Below, in pieces: positions 26,652-39,701 of a DNA stretch of 64,000 nt (position 1 is its first letter; every line of letters begins with the position of its first letter). The DNA comes from Eledone cirrhosa (Eukaryota). The translations under genes were made by a program, and so were the position numbers. Below the pieces are notes generated by a model. That model was not told the origin of the DNA. It searched no databases and saw only the letters and a list, made by a program, of their open reading frames with translations. The stretch covers positions 24,924,001-24,988,000 of the forward strand of contig OZ024750.1 in assembly GCA_964016885.1 (NCBI GenBank), in the 5' to 3' direction.

Positions 26652-26770
26652 CTGTTGGGATGAGATGTAGGTAAGAGAAACTTGAATTCAACAACACAGA
26701 GACTGTTTAAAAGTTGATCGTGACGTAAACAGACCAGTTCATAAGCAGTATAGGCTCTTCGGACATACAC
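26652..26770 (-). CDS. ACC: ACC exon ([12 protein letters not shown]...[10 protein letters not shown])
   Basis: VYVRRAY and LPTSHPNR motifs; ends in phase 2. Confidence 0.95.
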
Positions 26771-26886
26771 CTTAAAGGGTTAAAAATATAAGAGGCACAA
26801 ATAAATTGCTTCATTCTGAGTGGAAGTAAATATGATAATTAGATAAGTTGAAAGGAAAGAATCGTTGGACAGATTTTACAGGCAAA

Positions 26887-27562
26887 ACCAACTGGCAGAA
26901 GACCCAGTGGTAGACCCCCGCCCTAGCAAGATGGTTAGATAAACCAACTGGCAGAAGACCCAGTGGTAGACCCCCTAGCAAAATGGTTAGATGAACCAAC
27001 TGGCAGGAGACCCAGTGGTAGACCCCCTAGCAAGATAGTTAGATAAACCAACTGGCAGGAGACTCAGTGGTAGACCCCCTAGCAAGATAGTTAGATAAAC
27101 CAACTGGCAGAAGACTCAGTGGTAGACCCCCTAGCAAGATAGTTAGATAAACCAACTGGCAGAAGACTCAGTGGTAGACCCCCTAGCAAGATAGTTAGAT
27201 AAACCAACTGGCAGAAGACTCAGTGGTAGACCCCCTAGCAAGATAGTTAGATAAACCAACTGGCAGGAGACCCAGTGGTAGACCCCCTAGCAAGATAGTT
27301 AGATAAACCAACTGGCAGAAGACCCAGTGGTAGACCCCCTAGCAAGATAGTTAGATAAACCAACTGGCAGAAGACTCAGTGGTAGACCCCCTAGCAAGAT
27401 AGTTAGATAAACCAACTGGCAGAAGACTCAGTGGTAGACCCCCTAGCAAGATAGTTAGATAAACCAACTGGCAGAAGACTCAGTGGTAGACCCCCTAGCA
27501 AGATAGTTAGATAAACCAACTGGCAGGAGACTCAGTGGTAGACCCCCTAGCAAGATGGTTAG
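26887..27562. repeat. 52-bp minisatellite, about 13 copies
   Basis: Unit aaaccaactggcagaagactcagtggtagaccccctagcaagatagttagat. Confidence 0.95.
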
Positions 27563-27750
27563 ATGACATCCATAAGCATGGTCTTACTTGGGGATGCAAC
27601 CAGATTAGCTGGAAACAGTTGCTTCTGGAGGGAATGTTTGAGGGCTCCACACCCATGACCCTCTCAGGAATAAGTGGGTGAAGAAGAAGAAGAAACAATT
27701 TGGAACTTCTGGGAATGAGTATAGAAAAAAATATGAAGTACTAGACTCAC

Positions 27751-27840
27751 CTCTAAAGCTGCAGTTCTCACCAAAGAGTTGGAATGGAAAAAGAATTCTT
27801 GCAATACATCATAAATAGCAGTTTCAGAATTAATGAGTTT
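27751..27840 (-). CDS. ACC: ACC exon ([30 protein letters not shown])
   Basis: Homologous segment; tag/gtgagt boundaries. Confidence 0.94.
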
Positions 27841-27871
27841 CTACAAGAAAAATAAATAAATAAATAAATAT

Positions 27872-27908
<37 letters not shown>

Positions 27909-28336
27909 ATATTGTAGACTGGTGAAAAACGTGTGAATTATATAATAAATGTTAGTCCTTTAACTGTGAAGTTGTCATATTCATGTTACTTATTATATCA
28001 TATATATATAGAGAGAGAGAGAGGGGGGGGGGAGTAATAAGAATCTTCTTAAAGATTATTATAATTAATCTTAAAAAAGATTATTAGAAGATTGAAACCA
28101 AAGTTCAAACAAAACTACAAGAAAAGATTACATTATTAGGAACTGCAAGGATCCTAAGAAAATTGCTGGAAAAATGAACAGGTAAAAGAATCCCAAAGAA
28201 TCCTTGAACCTTGGATAGATTAAAAACCCCTTAAAGTCTAAAGAATTGATAGATTAAAACCCCTTAAAGTTTAAAGAATTGATAGATTAAAACCCCTTAA
28301 AGTCTAAAGAATTGATAGATTAAAAAACATAGTTAC

Positions 28337-28450
28337 TTGAAGATTCTCAGGGCAGAAATCATGACCAGATATATTGATAGCAGACAGAAAGATAGATTCC
28401 ATTTGATTATGTCGAAGTTCAAAGGCTGGCTGATGTGCAGCAATAAGAAT
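28337..28450 (-). CDS. ACC: ACC exon ([38 protein letters not shown])
   Basis: [15 protein letters not shown] motif; AG/GT boundaries. Confidence 0.95.
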
Positions 28451-29428
28451 CTGAAGAAGAAATAAATGGCAACTATTGATCACAGCATAAATCAATAATA
28501 CCTAAGCTCTGATTGGAATAATCTCAGCAACATTATCTTTCTAAAGTAGCAGCAAATCCTAATACACAGCTTCTGCATTTTCAGTGTTGTTTTTGTTTTA
28601 TTATTATTCAGTGATGGAGGCAAAGGCCTCTAAGACTGATGCAAGGTACCCTCAGATGAGAGTGTTGGGCTAAATATTTGAAATGTATCATGTGGTAGTG
28701 TTGAACTGAACAATAAATTAAGCCTACCACCCAAGGGTCAGATGGCGGTGTTGTACTGAACAATAGATTGTCTACCACACAAGTGTTAGGTGGTGGTGTT
28801 AAATTAAATCTACCACCCAAAGCTCAGGTGGTGGTGTTAAACCAGGCAATGGATTAAATCTATCACCTAAGGCTCAAGTGGTGGTGTTAAACCAGGCAAT
28901 GGATTAAATCTACCATCCAGGTCGGCCATGGTAAGATTTGAACTGAAAATGCAGACAACCATATTAGACACTGGAAGGTATTTCATCTGACACTGACAAT
29001 TTTATCAATCCTTAGCCCTGGCCTAGTACATTATTTTATTAGGCCCCAAAGTTGACCTCAGCAGAATTTGAACTCAGTTCACAGAAAGCCAGAACAAATA
29101 CTCTTTTATGTGTTCCAGCTGACTGGCTGGGGCCAAGCTGGGGCATGTTCTAATGACTCTTAGCCAATTAGCAGCAATAGAATAACAAACATAAACCAAC
29201 TGCAGTCTCCAGCCAAAGCAGGGAAAAGCAGACGTAAAAAAAAAAAGAAACAACAACAATCTTATAACTTATTCTCATACAATACTGAGCAACTAATTTT
29301 GGTAGATTCCACAAAGTACTGGGAAAAGAAATGGCTGAGCAACTCCATAAGCCTACACCAATTCAGTTTCAATATTATAAATTCCTAAAATAAAATATTT
29401 AAAAAAAACAATCAAATAAGTAACATAC

Positions 29429-29542
29429 CTGCCGTGATCGGAGAGCAACTTTAGCATTTTCAGTTTTGTTTAGAGTAGTCAACTCATTAAGAATCTGTGC
29501 TAGGTCATCAGTAAGGCCAGATTCATTCCCACACAGGTATTC
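29429..29542 (-). CDS. ACC: ACC exon (EYLCGNESGLTDDLAQILNELTTLNKTENAKVALRSRQ)
   Basis: NAKVALR motif; AG/GT boundaries. Confidence 0.93.
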
Positions 29543-30065
29543 CTGCAAAAAATATATTTCATTCATTTATTTTGTTTTATATTACATTTAACCTTTTCGT
29601 TATTATATTTCTAATGGATGACACTGTCTATGATTTTCAAATAATCACATTTAAACACCTCTAATACATATAATGAATTGAAAAGGTGCAGCTATGCATG
29701 TAACACAAGTTTATTTACAATGAGTAAAATAGATATTATGAAATGAAAAAGTGCAGCTATTAACAGTCGATTGACAAGATCCCAGAGCTCATTTGATTAA
29801 CGGGTGAGGTGGAACTTGTCAAATCAGACCAAGGAAACAATGTTTCCATTGATCTTTCCAATTGCTAATACTATCTACCAGTCGCATATCCAGGCAGAAG
29901 GAGCAACGTGAAATAAAATGTATTTCTCAAGGACATAACGTATCGCCCGGTCCAGGAATCAAACTCACAACCTCACAATTGTGAACCCAATTCTCTAACC
30001 AGTCAGCCACGCACCTTCACAAGGGCAACTATGCAGGTGTATGTATCTAACACATGTTTACTTAC

Positions 30066-30190
30066 AATGAGTAAAATAACCAGTTCATTCTTTTCAGCAA
30101 TTGCTGAATGAGAAAAAATTGTAGCTGTGACTGCACCCATATCATCCTTGTGTCTTTCTCGGACCTGGGCAACACATTTATCATAGTGAC
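30066..30190 (-). CDS. ACC: ACC exon (HYDKCVAQVRERHKDDM...KNELVILLI)
   Basis: GHYDKCV motif; AG/GT boundaries. Confidence 0.93.
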
Positions 30191-30385
30191 CTAGAAAAAT
30201 ATAATACATGACAATTACACACCATATTGGAATAAGATAACCTTTGGAATCAATGTTATAATACATGACACTCACCATGTAGGAATAAAATAACCTTTGA
30301 AATCAATGTTATAATACATGACAGTTACCATGTTGAAATAAGGAAATCTTAGAAATCAATGTTATAATACAGGGCAGTTACTCAC

Positions 30386-30474
30386 CATGTTGGAACTGAG
30401 CTTCAACTTGAACGTAACATTTTAATAGATCACGAACAACAGACTTCATGTGTCCACGGATACCATTTCGATAC
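30386..30474 (-). CDS. ACC: ACC exon ([29 protein letters not shown])
   Basis: YRxGIRGHMK motif; cag/gtgagt boundaries. Confidence 0.94.
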
Positions 30475-31200
30475 CTGCAATAGTTAATAATAAAACAAAT
30501 ATTAGGTTTCATGAGGGAAGAAGCTATTGCTCACATCATCATCATTTTTACATGTTTGTCCATATTTTCATGGTTTGGACAGGTCTACTACTACTACACT
30601 GCATCAAACTAATTGTTATCATGTCTTCCTTGGTCTGTATCTTCTGCTGTTTCCTTCCACTTAGATCGCCAAGTATTTTTTTACCCAACTATCACCACTC
30701 ATACACATTACATGCCCATACCAGAGCAGCCTACTCTCTTGCACACAACATCTAATTCCTCTTATACTCATCTGTGCTTCACTACATATGTACACTAACA
30801 TTACGCATCCAACAAAGCATACAAACATAGACAATAGAATTACAAACACACATGCATCTACACATACACACATACATAAACAGACACACTTAGAAAAAAT
30901 AATTATTATATACACACACACACATCTATGCGATGACTGAGGAAGGATGGGGGTGGTGAGAAACTATAGAAGTCCAGAGTTCTAAGATTTGTCACAGCTG
31001 TGTGTTTGTGTGTTTGTATTATTTGTGAGAGTGAGCTCAAAGGTACCAACCAACAAAGAAACAAACAAACAAACATCTCTTTTTTTATATTATGTATAGA
31101 TATTACAATTAGCCATCATCTTTGACTGCACAGGACCAGCTAGTCATATATAATTCAGAAATATAATTTATAATGTTGATATATTTATCACAATACCAAC

Positions 31201-31301
31201 CTCTGCACAAGCTGCACAATTCCTTGAGTAGTCATAAAAAATACTTCTCTTTCAACTCGTCGGTTCAATGTGGCAGCATGACTGTCAATCACATGAGCAA
31301 T
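31201..31301 (-). CDS. ACC: ACC exon ([34 protein letters not shown])
   Basis: Conserved motif; AG/GT boundaries. Confidence 0.94.
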
Positions 31302-31344
31302 CTATTAAATGAAATTAATTACCATTATTAATTACATTAATTAC

Positions 31345-31533
31345 AGGCGGTGGATTGGCAGTATCGGTAGAGGGTCGGACGCCATGCTTTCCAGCATAGT
31401 TACGTCCCTTTACGATCTGAGTTCAAATCCCGCCGAGGTTGACTTTGCCTTTCATCCTTACGGGGTCGATAAAATAAAGTACCAGTAATGCACTGGGTAA
31501 TTGCTGGTCTTGTGCCTAAAGTAGAAACAATTA
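31345..31533 (+). mobile_element. Second SINE family (copies near 3905-5000 -, 26108-26290 -, 45378-45482 -, 47195-47335 +, 60230-60430 -)
   Basis: B-box-like gagttcaaatcc followed by ctttgcctttcatccttacggggtcgataaaataaagtaccag; A/T-rich tail. Confidence 0.8.
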
Positions 31534-31937
31534 TTAATTACATTGAATGTTACCTATCATATGACAGGTAGTTTAGGTTTACCACTGTCAGTAACAATAG
31601 ATAACTATATAACTATATATTACTAAAACTCTGTGATTGTATGCTTGTCTGTAATTTAATACAGCCAAAACTGCGCATAATGGGAAAATACTTTGAAAGG
31701 AAGTTGCCCCTGAAATGGGAATACAAATGGAATAAAACAAATTTTGCGTAAATCAGAGCACGGGTTCCCGAGATACAGGGTTTTTCCAGGTACCTTTATA
31801 AATAGAGAGAAAGAGATAGTGGTTGTGAGAGAGTAGATTGAAAATTTCATTTTACCTTATATACATGTCTGTATATATTCTAATTATTCAAAAATTATTT
31901 TTAAGTGAACATGACTCAACAGGTCACAGGTGGTCTA

Positions 31938-31975
<38 letters not shown>

Positions 31976-32660
31976 CTCATACTTTACCTGCCACTCTGCT
32001 TAGTATGCATATGCCTCCTTCAACCCATGTTAATTCTCTCTATACTTGTTTACATGACACAAAGCCAACCAACCAACCAACACATCAAATATTATATATT
32101 ATAGTTATAAACAATTGACAAAAAAAAACCATTTCACTTGTACATTTTAGGTAAAATTTTCCACAAGATGATAGTGAAGATGTGAAACAAGTTAACTTCA
32201 GTTAAGATTTTGGTATATTTTTCTCACATACTATGAAGTTCCTTGAACTACTTCTACCTAACAAAATTAATCTGTGAACATTTTATTAAATATTCACCTG
32301 AGACTAGATTTTGATGGCTTTTTTCATGGAACAGATAGATCCTCCTCTACAGCATTTCATTTCACAAAGAATTAATAGAGAAATAAAGTCTGAAGGCTTC
32401 TATTTCCTAATTATTTAGCTAGCTTCTAATGTATTTAGCTTAACTATTAACAAGGTTATTATGTGTTAAAATGTTTTAAGAACAATCTATATATATATTT
32501 TTTTTTTTTTAAATCATGGCCTCTAATCCTATTCTTTCCAAATAAAACTTATAACCACATTGATAAAACCAGACTAATAAAACTAATAACCACATTGAAT
32601 AATGAAAAAATAAAATAAAATAAACCCTAGAAAAGCATATAAAAACTTGTATATACTTAC

Positions 32661-32780
32661 ATCCTGGCTTGGAAACTGGCAGAGAACTGAGGTAATATTT
32701 TTGGCATATGATGTTATTAATTTACGAATTGACTTTTCTACATGTGGAGCAACTCTTCCAGAACTCATAGAGATCAGGTC
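32661..32780 (-). CDS. ACC: ACC exon, central domain ([12 protein letters not shown]...[16 protein letters not shown])
   Basis: [12 protein letters not shown] motif; AG/GT boundaries. Confidence 0.94.
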
Positions 32781-32787
32781 CTGAAAC

Positions 32788-33200
32788 AAAGTATATAGAG
32801 ATGAGGTCTTGTACTATAGTAGTATATAAAGATGGAGTACTATAACTAGAGATGTGGTACTATAACAGTATATAGAGATGAGAACTTGTACTATCGTAGT
32901 ATGTAGAGATGTAGGTCTATAATAGTATATAGAGATGAGGTCTTGTACTATAGTAGTATATAGAGATGTGGTCCTATAATAGTATATAGAGATGTGGTAC
33001 TATGACAGTATATAAAGATGTGGTCCTATAATAGTATATAAAGATGGGGTACTATAACAGTATATAGAGATATGATACTATAACAATATATAGAGATATG
33101 GTACTATAACAGTATATAGAGATGTGGTCTTGTATCATAAAAGTATATAGAGATGTGGTCCTATAATAGTATATAGAGATGCCCTATAACATTATATAGA
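32788..33200. repeat. Degenerate approx. 29-35-bp minisatellite filling an intron
   Basis: Recurrent agtatatagagatgtggt(a)ctata. Confidence 0.85.
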
Positions 33201-33241
33201 GACTTATAGAAATATGGTAAGAAAAGTGTTAAATATTTTAC

Positions 33242-33457
33242 CTGGAGTTCAAGCAAAGGTAGATTAGGATCTCGTAGACATTTCATTAACGTTTGTACAG
33301 ATTCCTTGAGTCGTTCACTAAAATATGGACTTGGTAAGACATAGCCAGCTAAAACATTCTCCAGTTCCGCTTTAATACTAGTAAACACTTGATGTAATTT
33401 ATTCCCACTTGTTGAGTGATTACAGTTGTCTGGTAAACTACCATCATAAAGTTCTGC
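33242..33457 (-). CDS. ACC: ACC exon, central domain (AELYDGSLP...LRDPNLPLLELQ)
   Basis: LRDPxLPLLELQ motif; AG/GT boundaries. Confidence 0.94.
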
Positions 33458-33642
33458 CTACAATATATAATATATTGTTTACAATACAAATGAGGAAAAT
33501 TTCAAACATTAGAATTTTTTTCCATACGCTGATGTGTATGTGTTTGTGTATGTGTGTGTGTGTGTTAATTGGAGCATTAACACATTAAATTTGTGAATTT
33601 TGAGGTAACTAGAATTTTTTTCCATACGCTGGCACGCATGTA

Positions 33643-34534
33643 CAGGGTGTGGACGATATTTGTTCGCAATTTTCAACTGCTAATTTTATGCAAATTTTTT
33701 TTACTTACGTTGTCACTCTTGTCTTCATAAAAACAGTGACAATACTTCCATTATTTATTTTCAGAATAATTGATTATGAATAATTTTGAACCTCCAAATT
33801 TGTGGAAGAGACACAGAGTTCTTCTTGGAATCCGCGCCGGGAGGACAAATAAGACCAGAAGATCAACTCCCAGAAAAAAAGGTGGCTTGCTGTCTCATCC
33901 AAAGACGTGTCCAGAGTCATGCAGACAAAGTTTCCAGCGACAACATTGGTCTTAGGTGTCGTCAGCAGTCAAGGTGACGTCATGCCACCTCACTTCTTCC
34001 CTGAGGGCCTCAAGCTGAACACCGATGGCTACATCCGCGTTCTGAGCGGGATAGTAAAGCCCTGGATCGACCAGGTAGCTGCAGGTAGGCCGTACATGTG
34101 GCAGCAAGACTCAGCGCCCTGCCATACCAGCCGAAAGACCCAAGCCTGGCTGTCAGAGAACTTCGTCGACCACACTTCACCTGACATCTGGCCTCCCAGC
34201 TCGCCTGACTGCAACCCCCTTAACTTCTTTGTGTGAGGCGCAGTGGAACGAGACACCAACATATCTAGCTGCAATACGAAAGACGATCTGAAGGCCAGGA
34301 TCACAAGTGCCTTTAGTGGCCTAAGTCGGAGGACAGTGACGAAGGCCTGTAGCCGGTTCCGAGGCCACCTTGAGGCCATCATCAAAGCCAATGGCGGGTT
34401 TATCGAGTGAGATCGAAAGAACAACTCATGAAGACAAACTGATCCAAGTTTGATAAATATATCTTAAAAAATAAAACTACTGTGTTATTTTTTCCTAGAC
34501 AGTAATCTTGCGAACAAATATCGTCCACACTCTG
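33643..34534 (+). mobile_element. Internally deleted Tc1/mariner element of DD37D (maT-like) type
   Basis: TIRs cagggtgtggacgatatttgttcgcaa / ttgcgaacaaatatcgtccacactctg; TA flanks; QQDSAPCH...WPPSSPDCNPLN with 37-residue spacing (third Asp now Asn). Confidence 0.88.
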
Positions 34535-35106
34535 TATGTGTATATGTGTGTATGTATATATGTGTGTATGTATATATGTGTGTATGTGTATATGTGTATA
34601 TGCATACATTTATATGTACGAGTGTATAAATATAAATGCGCAAACACAGACACACAAAAATACACTCACAGACATACAATCACACAAACACACATACATT
34701 CACAGAAACACACACACACACATATATTTACACAAACACACATACACTCACACACAGTGCAGTTTTTTCACCATCCCCTTCCTTCCTTTTACACACATAT
34801 ACATTCACGCAGGCAGCAGACATAAAGAGAGAGGAGTAGTAAGAGGTAGTCAAACTACTCCTCTCTCTTTACATGTTGTACACAGGCAGCAGATGTAAAG
34901 AGAGAGGAGTAGTAAGAGGTAGTCAAACTACTCCTCTCTCTTTATATGTTGTACACAGGCAGCAGACAAAGAGAGAGGAGTAGTAAGAGGTAGTCAAACT
35001 ACTCCTCTCTCTTTACATGTGAAAGAATCACAGAAATTTATATATAGATAGAAAAAGAAATGTCCAATCTACAGAAAGGTGTAGTAAATATATAGACATT
35101 TCTTAC

Positions 35107-35197
35107 CTGTTGAGTTCTACTTGGGTCATCCAAATCTAAGATAGCAATTGTTACACCAGGCTCAAGTAGGGCTCCAGGACGTTTTTTATAATAAATA
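35107..35197 (-). CDS. ACC: ACC exon, BCCP C-terminus (IYYKKRPGALLEPGVTIAILDLDDPSRTQQ)
   Basis: KRPGA..LDDPS motif; AG/GT boundaries. Confidence 0.94.
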
Positions 35198-36299
35198 CTA
35201 GAAATAAAAAGACAAAATTAATGTCAACCATAATATCTAAATACATCATCCTAGTACACATATCATCATCATCATCACCGTTTTATGTCCGTTCTTCCAC
35301 GCTAGCATTAGTTAGACGGGTTGTCCTGTTGTGGGCAGTGTCTGGTCAGCTGACCATGCCTTGCTCATACAGGAACTCATTTGGCTTGATTTCTACAGCT
35401 GGATGCTCTTCCTAACACCAACCTCATTTACAGTGAGTGCTGGGTGCTTTTTCGTGGCGCCTACACGTCCACTTTACAGTGCGGGCTGGGTGCTTTTTTG
35501 CCGTGGCACCTTCACGACCACCTTGCAGTAGGAGGGTGTGGGGGCATATTGTCTATATGCTTCAGCTTGTACCCATGGGAGGTCGGGTACTCTATATTAC
35601 TGCGTGACGCCAGAGGTCACGGTCGTGTGTCATCGCCTTGGAGAGGTGTAATTGGGTAAGGTCGGCTTTTATCACCTCATCCCAGGTCATCTTGGGTCTC
35701 CCCGCTCCGTGTATATATACATATACAAATATATATACTTAGTAGGCAACACCCTCCCTACCATCTCCTCTCCCCTATACCTACGTTCCCAATTTCCCCA
35801 AGCCTCCCAAGTTTCCAATCTCCTCTATAAAGTGATCCCCCCCCCCCCTGGAGCCACGACAAAAGAGCCCAGCCCACACTGTGGTGGTCATGTAGGTGTC
35901 ATGACAAAAGCAAGCGCCCAGCCCAATCTGTAAAGTGGTCATGTAGGGGACATGGCAAAAAGCACCCGGCACACAATGTAAATGTAGTTGGCCTTAGGAA
36001 GGGCATCCAGCCGTAGCAACCAAACCCAAAATCAGTTCTGTGTGAGCAAATCACGGTCCCCAGACCTGATTCCTCACAAAGGGACAGCCCGTTCTACCTA
36101 TGCTAGTATGGAAGATGAAGACGAACGTTAAACAATGATGATCATCATCATCCAACCCACGCTAGAGTGGAAAAATGGATGTTAAATGGTGAAGGCAATC
36201 CTCATCATCAGTTTTTGTCTATTTTTCCATGCTAGCATGGGTTGGACAAGACTTTTTGAGGCAATTTTGGAATATTAAGGTAGATGAGGTAACCAAACC

Positions 36300-36681
36300 T
36301 AAGAAACAAGCATGGAAGGTTTGGCAAAATGGGAGAAGTAAAAGAACAGTATAAAGAAGCTATGGGCTACACAAGAAATATTTTGGTATTTCAGGCAAGT
36401 TAGCAAAGAATGTAGGTTATGTATGTGGTAGATACACAAAAGCAGTAAGAGCTCACATGAAAAAAGCCTTAGCAAATGCACAGATGGCTTCCCAAAAGTA
36501 GTCAATAGCTTCTGTTACCTGGGTGACCAAATTAGTAACAGAAGGGGCTATTCCGAAAGTTCAGTAGCCAGAGTGAGAACCAGTTCAAAAGCGTTCAGAG
36601 AGCTAATACCACTCACTGCTGGCTGCAATGGATTTCTTCCCCAGAAACGAAAGGCCAGGCCAACTGTATGATGCTTCATAC

Positions 36682-36721
<40 letters not shown>

Positions 36722-36885
36722 TATGGTTGGTGTTAGGAAGGGCATCCAACTGTAGAAAACCTGCCAGACAGTCCTATGCGAGCAAGACAATCACTCTTGC
36801 CTCAAGTGGGAAAACCCCCGTCCAAACCCATGCAAGCGTGGAACACGGACGTTAAACGTTGATGATGATGATGATGATGATGATA
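36300..36885 (+). mobile_element. Degenerate RTE RT fragment, followed by a short LINE 3'-end copy inserted in (TA)n
   Basis: agcttctgttacctgggtgac matches 506-526; 36725-36885 matches the LINE 3' UTR and (GAT)n tail. Confidence 0.75.
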
Positions 36886-36976
36886 TATATATATATATGT
36901 GTGTGTATGTAAAAGGTAAACAGAAATAACAACACAATCGGTACAGTACATGGAAGGGACATATTAGGTTAACGCT

Positions 36977-37016
<40 letters not shown>

Positions 37017-37309
37017 CCAAAATGGCTGACTGAATATGCACATGCTTTTTCTCAAAAAATTGTTTTCCAGTTTCTTCCTCTTCTCACTCTATCTTTCTAT
37101 TTCAGCTTTCATTTCTGATGAAGGACCAACATAAAAAAAACTCTTTTCTTACTATATCAAAAGTTAAACTAATATATTTCTTCATTGTACTGTGTTGTTT
37201 GCTTTGTTGTTTCCGTTTACTTTTTGTGTGCGTGTGTGTGTGTGTGTGTGTGTCGGGTTCAATCGGGGGTAACCACAGTAAATAAGGTACTCAATACATA
37301 GAGTATAAA

Positions 37310-37438
37310 TATTTAATATTGAAATGGCTTCTACAGGACAAGAACTGTTTCATTTGAAGGAAATCATCAGGGTTTTTCTGATGACTTTCTTCGAATGAAA
37401 CAGTTCTAGTCCTGTAGAAGCCACTTCTATATTAAATA
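37310..37438. repeat. Fold-back element with hammerhead-like CTGATGA...GAAAC on both arms (sister copy 23715-23837)
   Basis: Arms gaaatggcttctacaggac..gaactgtttcatt / aatgaaacagttc..gtcctgtagaagcca; shared flank aaggtactcaatac. Confidence 0.75.
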
Positions 37439-37711
37439 AATATGCATATATATATATTTATATTTGCATTCATACAGATATGGCCAAGATGTTATGCAGT
37501 GAAGTGAAACCAAAACCTATGCGGTTTGGTTTCACTGCATAACACCTTGGCCATATCTGTCTGAATGCAACCAGTTGCAACAAACTGACTTCTGATCCTC
37601 ACACTGGCCATGTGATCCCTTCTGGTCCTCACATTGGTCATTATATTGATAACTCTTTAATAATTGGTGCAAGCATAACAAATATGTTATTAGAATGACA
37701 AATCAACGTAC

Positions 37712-37840
37712 CAACCACTTTCTGGAACTTTAAGAGAAAGATTCATTTTCATAACTTCCATTTCAGCATATGCCTCCCCACTGAAGACATGTCCCCCATC
37801 TTCTACTTTATAGGAAAGTAGTTTCCCTGCAGATGGAGAT
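37712..37840 (-). CDS. ACC: ACC exon, biotin carboxyl carrier domain (SPSAGKLL...YAEMEVMKM)
   Basis: Biotinylation motif EVMKM; Lys codon at 37747-37749. Confidence 0.96.
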
Positions 37841-38224
37841 CTAAAATAGAAAATTATCATTAAAAATTATTTTTTAATTAAAATTTCATAAATATAAAAA
37901 TAACTACAAAGCTTTAAAAAAATATAAGATAGCTAATATCTTTTATTCAATATCAAAGACAACAAAAATGCAATAGACAGAAGTATGATGAAGGACAATA
38001 CTCTATTGTACTATAGTTAGCTCTATAGTATAGCTGTGAGTCTATTGTATTATAGTTAGTCCTATAGTATAGCTGTGAGTCTATTGTACTATCATAGTTA
38101 GTCCTACAATAAAGCTGAGCCTATTGTACTATAGTTAGTCCTGCAATAGAGCTGTGAGCCTATTGTACTATAGTAGTTAGTCATATAAAAACACAATGTT
38201 AATTATATAAAATAAAATAGTTAC

Positions 38225-38365
38225 CTGAGTATTGTGGGATCATTTTCTTTGAGAAAGACACAAGTTTTATTGCCAATGGTAACTCTGTAGCTATCAACTT
38301 CTTCTTTCATATAAGTAGTGTAACTAGATCCACCTACTGACAATAACAATCCACCATCTGTCAGA
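38225..38365 (-). CDS. ACC: ACC exon ([27 protein letters not shown]...KENDPTILR)
   Basis: DGGLL and YMKEEV motifs; AG/GT boundaries. Confidence 0.95.
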
Positions 38366-38515
38366 CTGGAAACAATATCAAAAAAAAAAAAAAAAGAAAG
38401 AAAAATTTCAGTAAAAGTTGTTTCCTCATTGTGAATGGCAGTTCGCCAAGAAAGCAGAAGTGAAAATCAAATTAGATTGTTTTGTTATCAGAAATGACAT
38501 TTCTGTTTTACTCAC

Positions 38516-38586
38516 CGGTGAGCTTCAATGTCCATAAAAGAGTTATTCATTAGAACAAAGTAGCTAACAAGTCCTGTCTTCACAAC
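38516..38586 (-). CDS. ACC: ACC exon, BT domain (VVKTGLVSYFVLMNNSFMDIEAHR)
   Basis: Homologous segment; tag/gtgagt boundaries. Confidence 0.9.
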
Positions 38587-39619
38587 CTAATACATACAAA
38601 AAAAAAAGATAGGGGCATCATTTAAAAGATATTCAACAAATAGTACAATTAAACGGAACTAAAGACAGAGAGTTGGGCAACACTGTTAACTTATATCATC
38701 ACCATCATCATTTCCATGCTAGCATGGGTTGGACAGGTCCTCTCTAGCACAACCACCCTCCACTCATATCATTTTTTCTTTGTCTCCTCTGTGAGGTTCA
38801 GTGTTTTAAGATCAGATCAGCTCTAACCATTACCCTCAATGGTTAACATCTATTTTCCATAGGCTAGACAGGTTATCATGTTCTGAGGTTTAACTAGATA
38901 GATGACCACACAAATTAACCTCTAGCACGCTAGAAATTTTTATGAATTGCTTCCCTTGGAACTGCACCATGTATTCAGGGGAGATTACTCTATTGGCAAC
39001 ATAATGCACCTAGAGCATGCTGAAGATTAAACAGGTTGTCATATTCTGCAGTTAGACTAGACAGATGACCACATAGGTTAAACAGGTTGTCATATTCTAA
39101 GGTTAGACAGATCAGGTGACCACATAGGTTAAACAGGTTGTCATGTTCTGCAGTTAGACACGTCAGGTGACCATATCATGCTCATACTCTCCATTTTTTG
39201 GCTTGATTTCTATGGCTGGGTGTCCTTCCTAACACCAACCACTTTATGGCATGTACAGTGAGTATTTTATCATAGCACCAGCATTACCACCTTACAGGGT
39301 GGACTGGATGTTTGTGGTGGTAATGGTGATGATGGTAATGATGATCACAAACACACAAAGGATTATACCTATGTCTGAGGGAGTATATACGTGTATGTAT
39401 GGATGCTTGTATTTTACATACAACTAAAAAAAAAAATAGAAGGGTTAGGGTTGGGAGAGATAGAGAAATCTGGCAGGAACCATTATTATTGAATAAAAAA
39501 TATAATAAAGAAAAGAAGGAAAGAAAGAAAGAAAAAGAAAGAAAGAGAAAAGAAATGATTAGAAAAGGTTGACGATATAATTATCATAGAACTAGAAACA
39601 AATCAAGAATGACCCTTAC

Positions 39620-39701
39620 GGTTGTAACATATTTCACACCATCATAAATAAATTCAACATCCACTTTATTTTTCAGAGAATTGGCAGGAAATATCTGACC
39701 C
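39620..39701 (-). CDS. ACC: ACC exon, BT domain (GQIFPANSLKNKVDVELFYDGVKYVTT)
   Basis: Homologous segment; phases fit neighbours. Confidence 0.92.

Noticed and set aside
26887-27562. CRISPR-like array
   Set aside because: Units are contiguous without unique spacers, there are no cas genes, and the context is a eukaryotic intron; the same applies to the other arrays.
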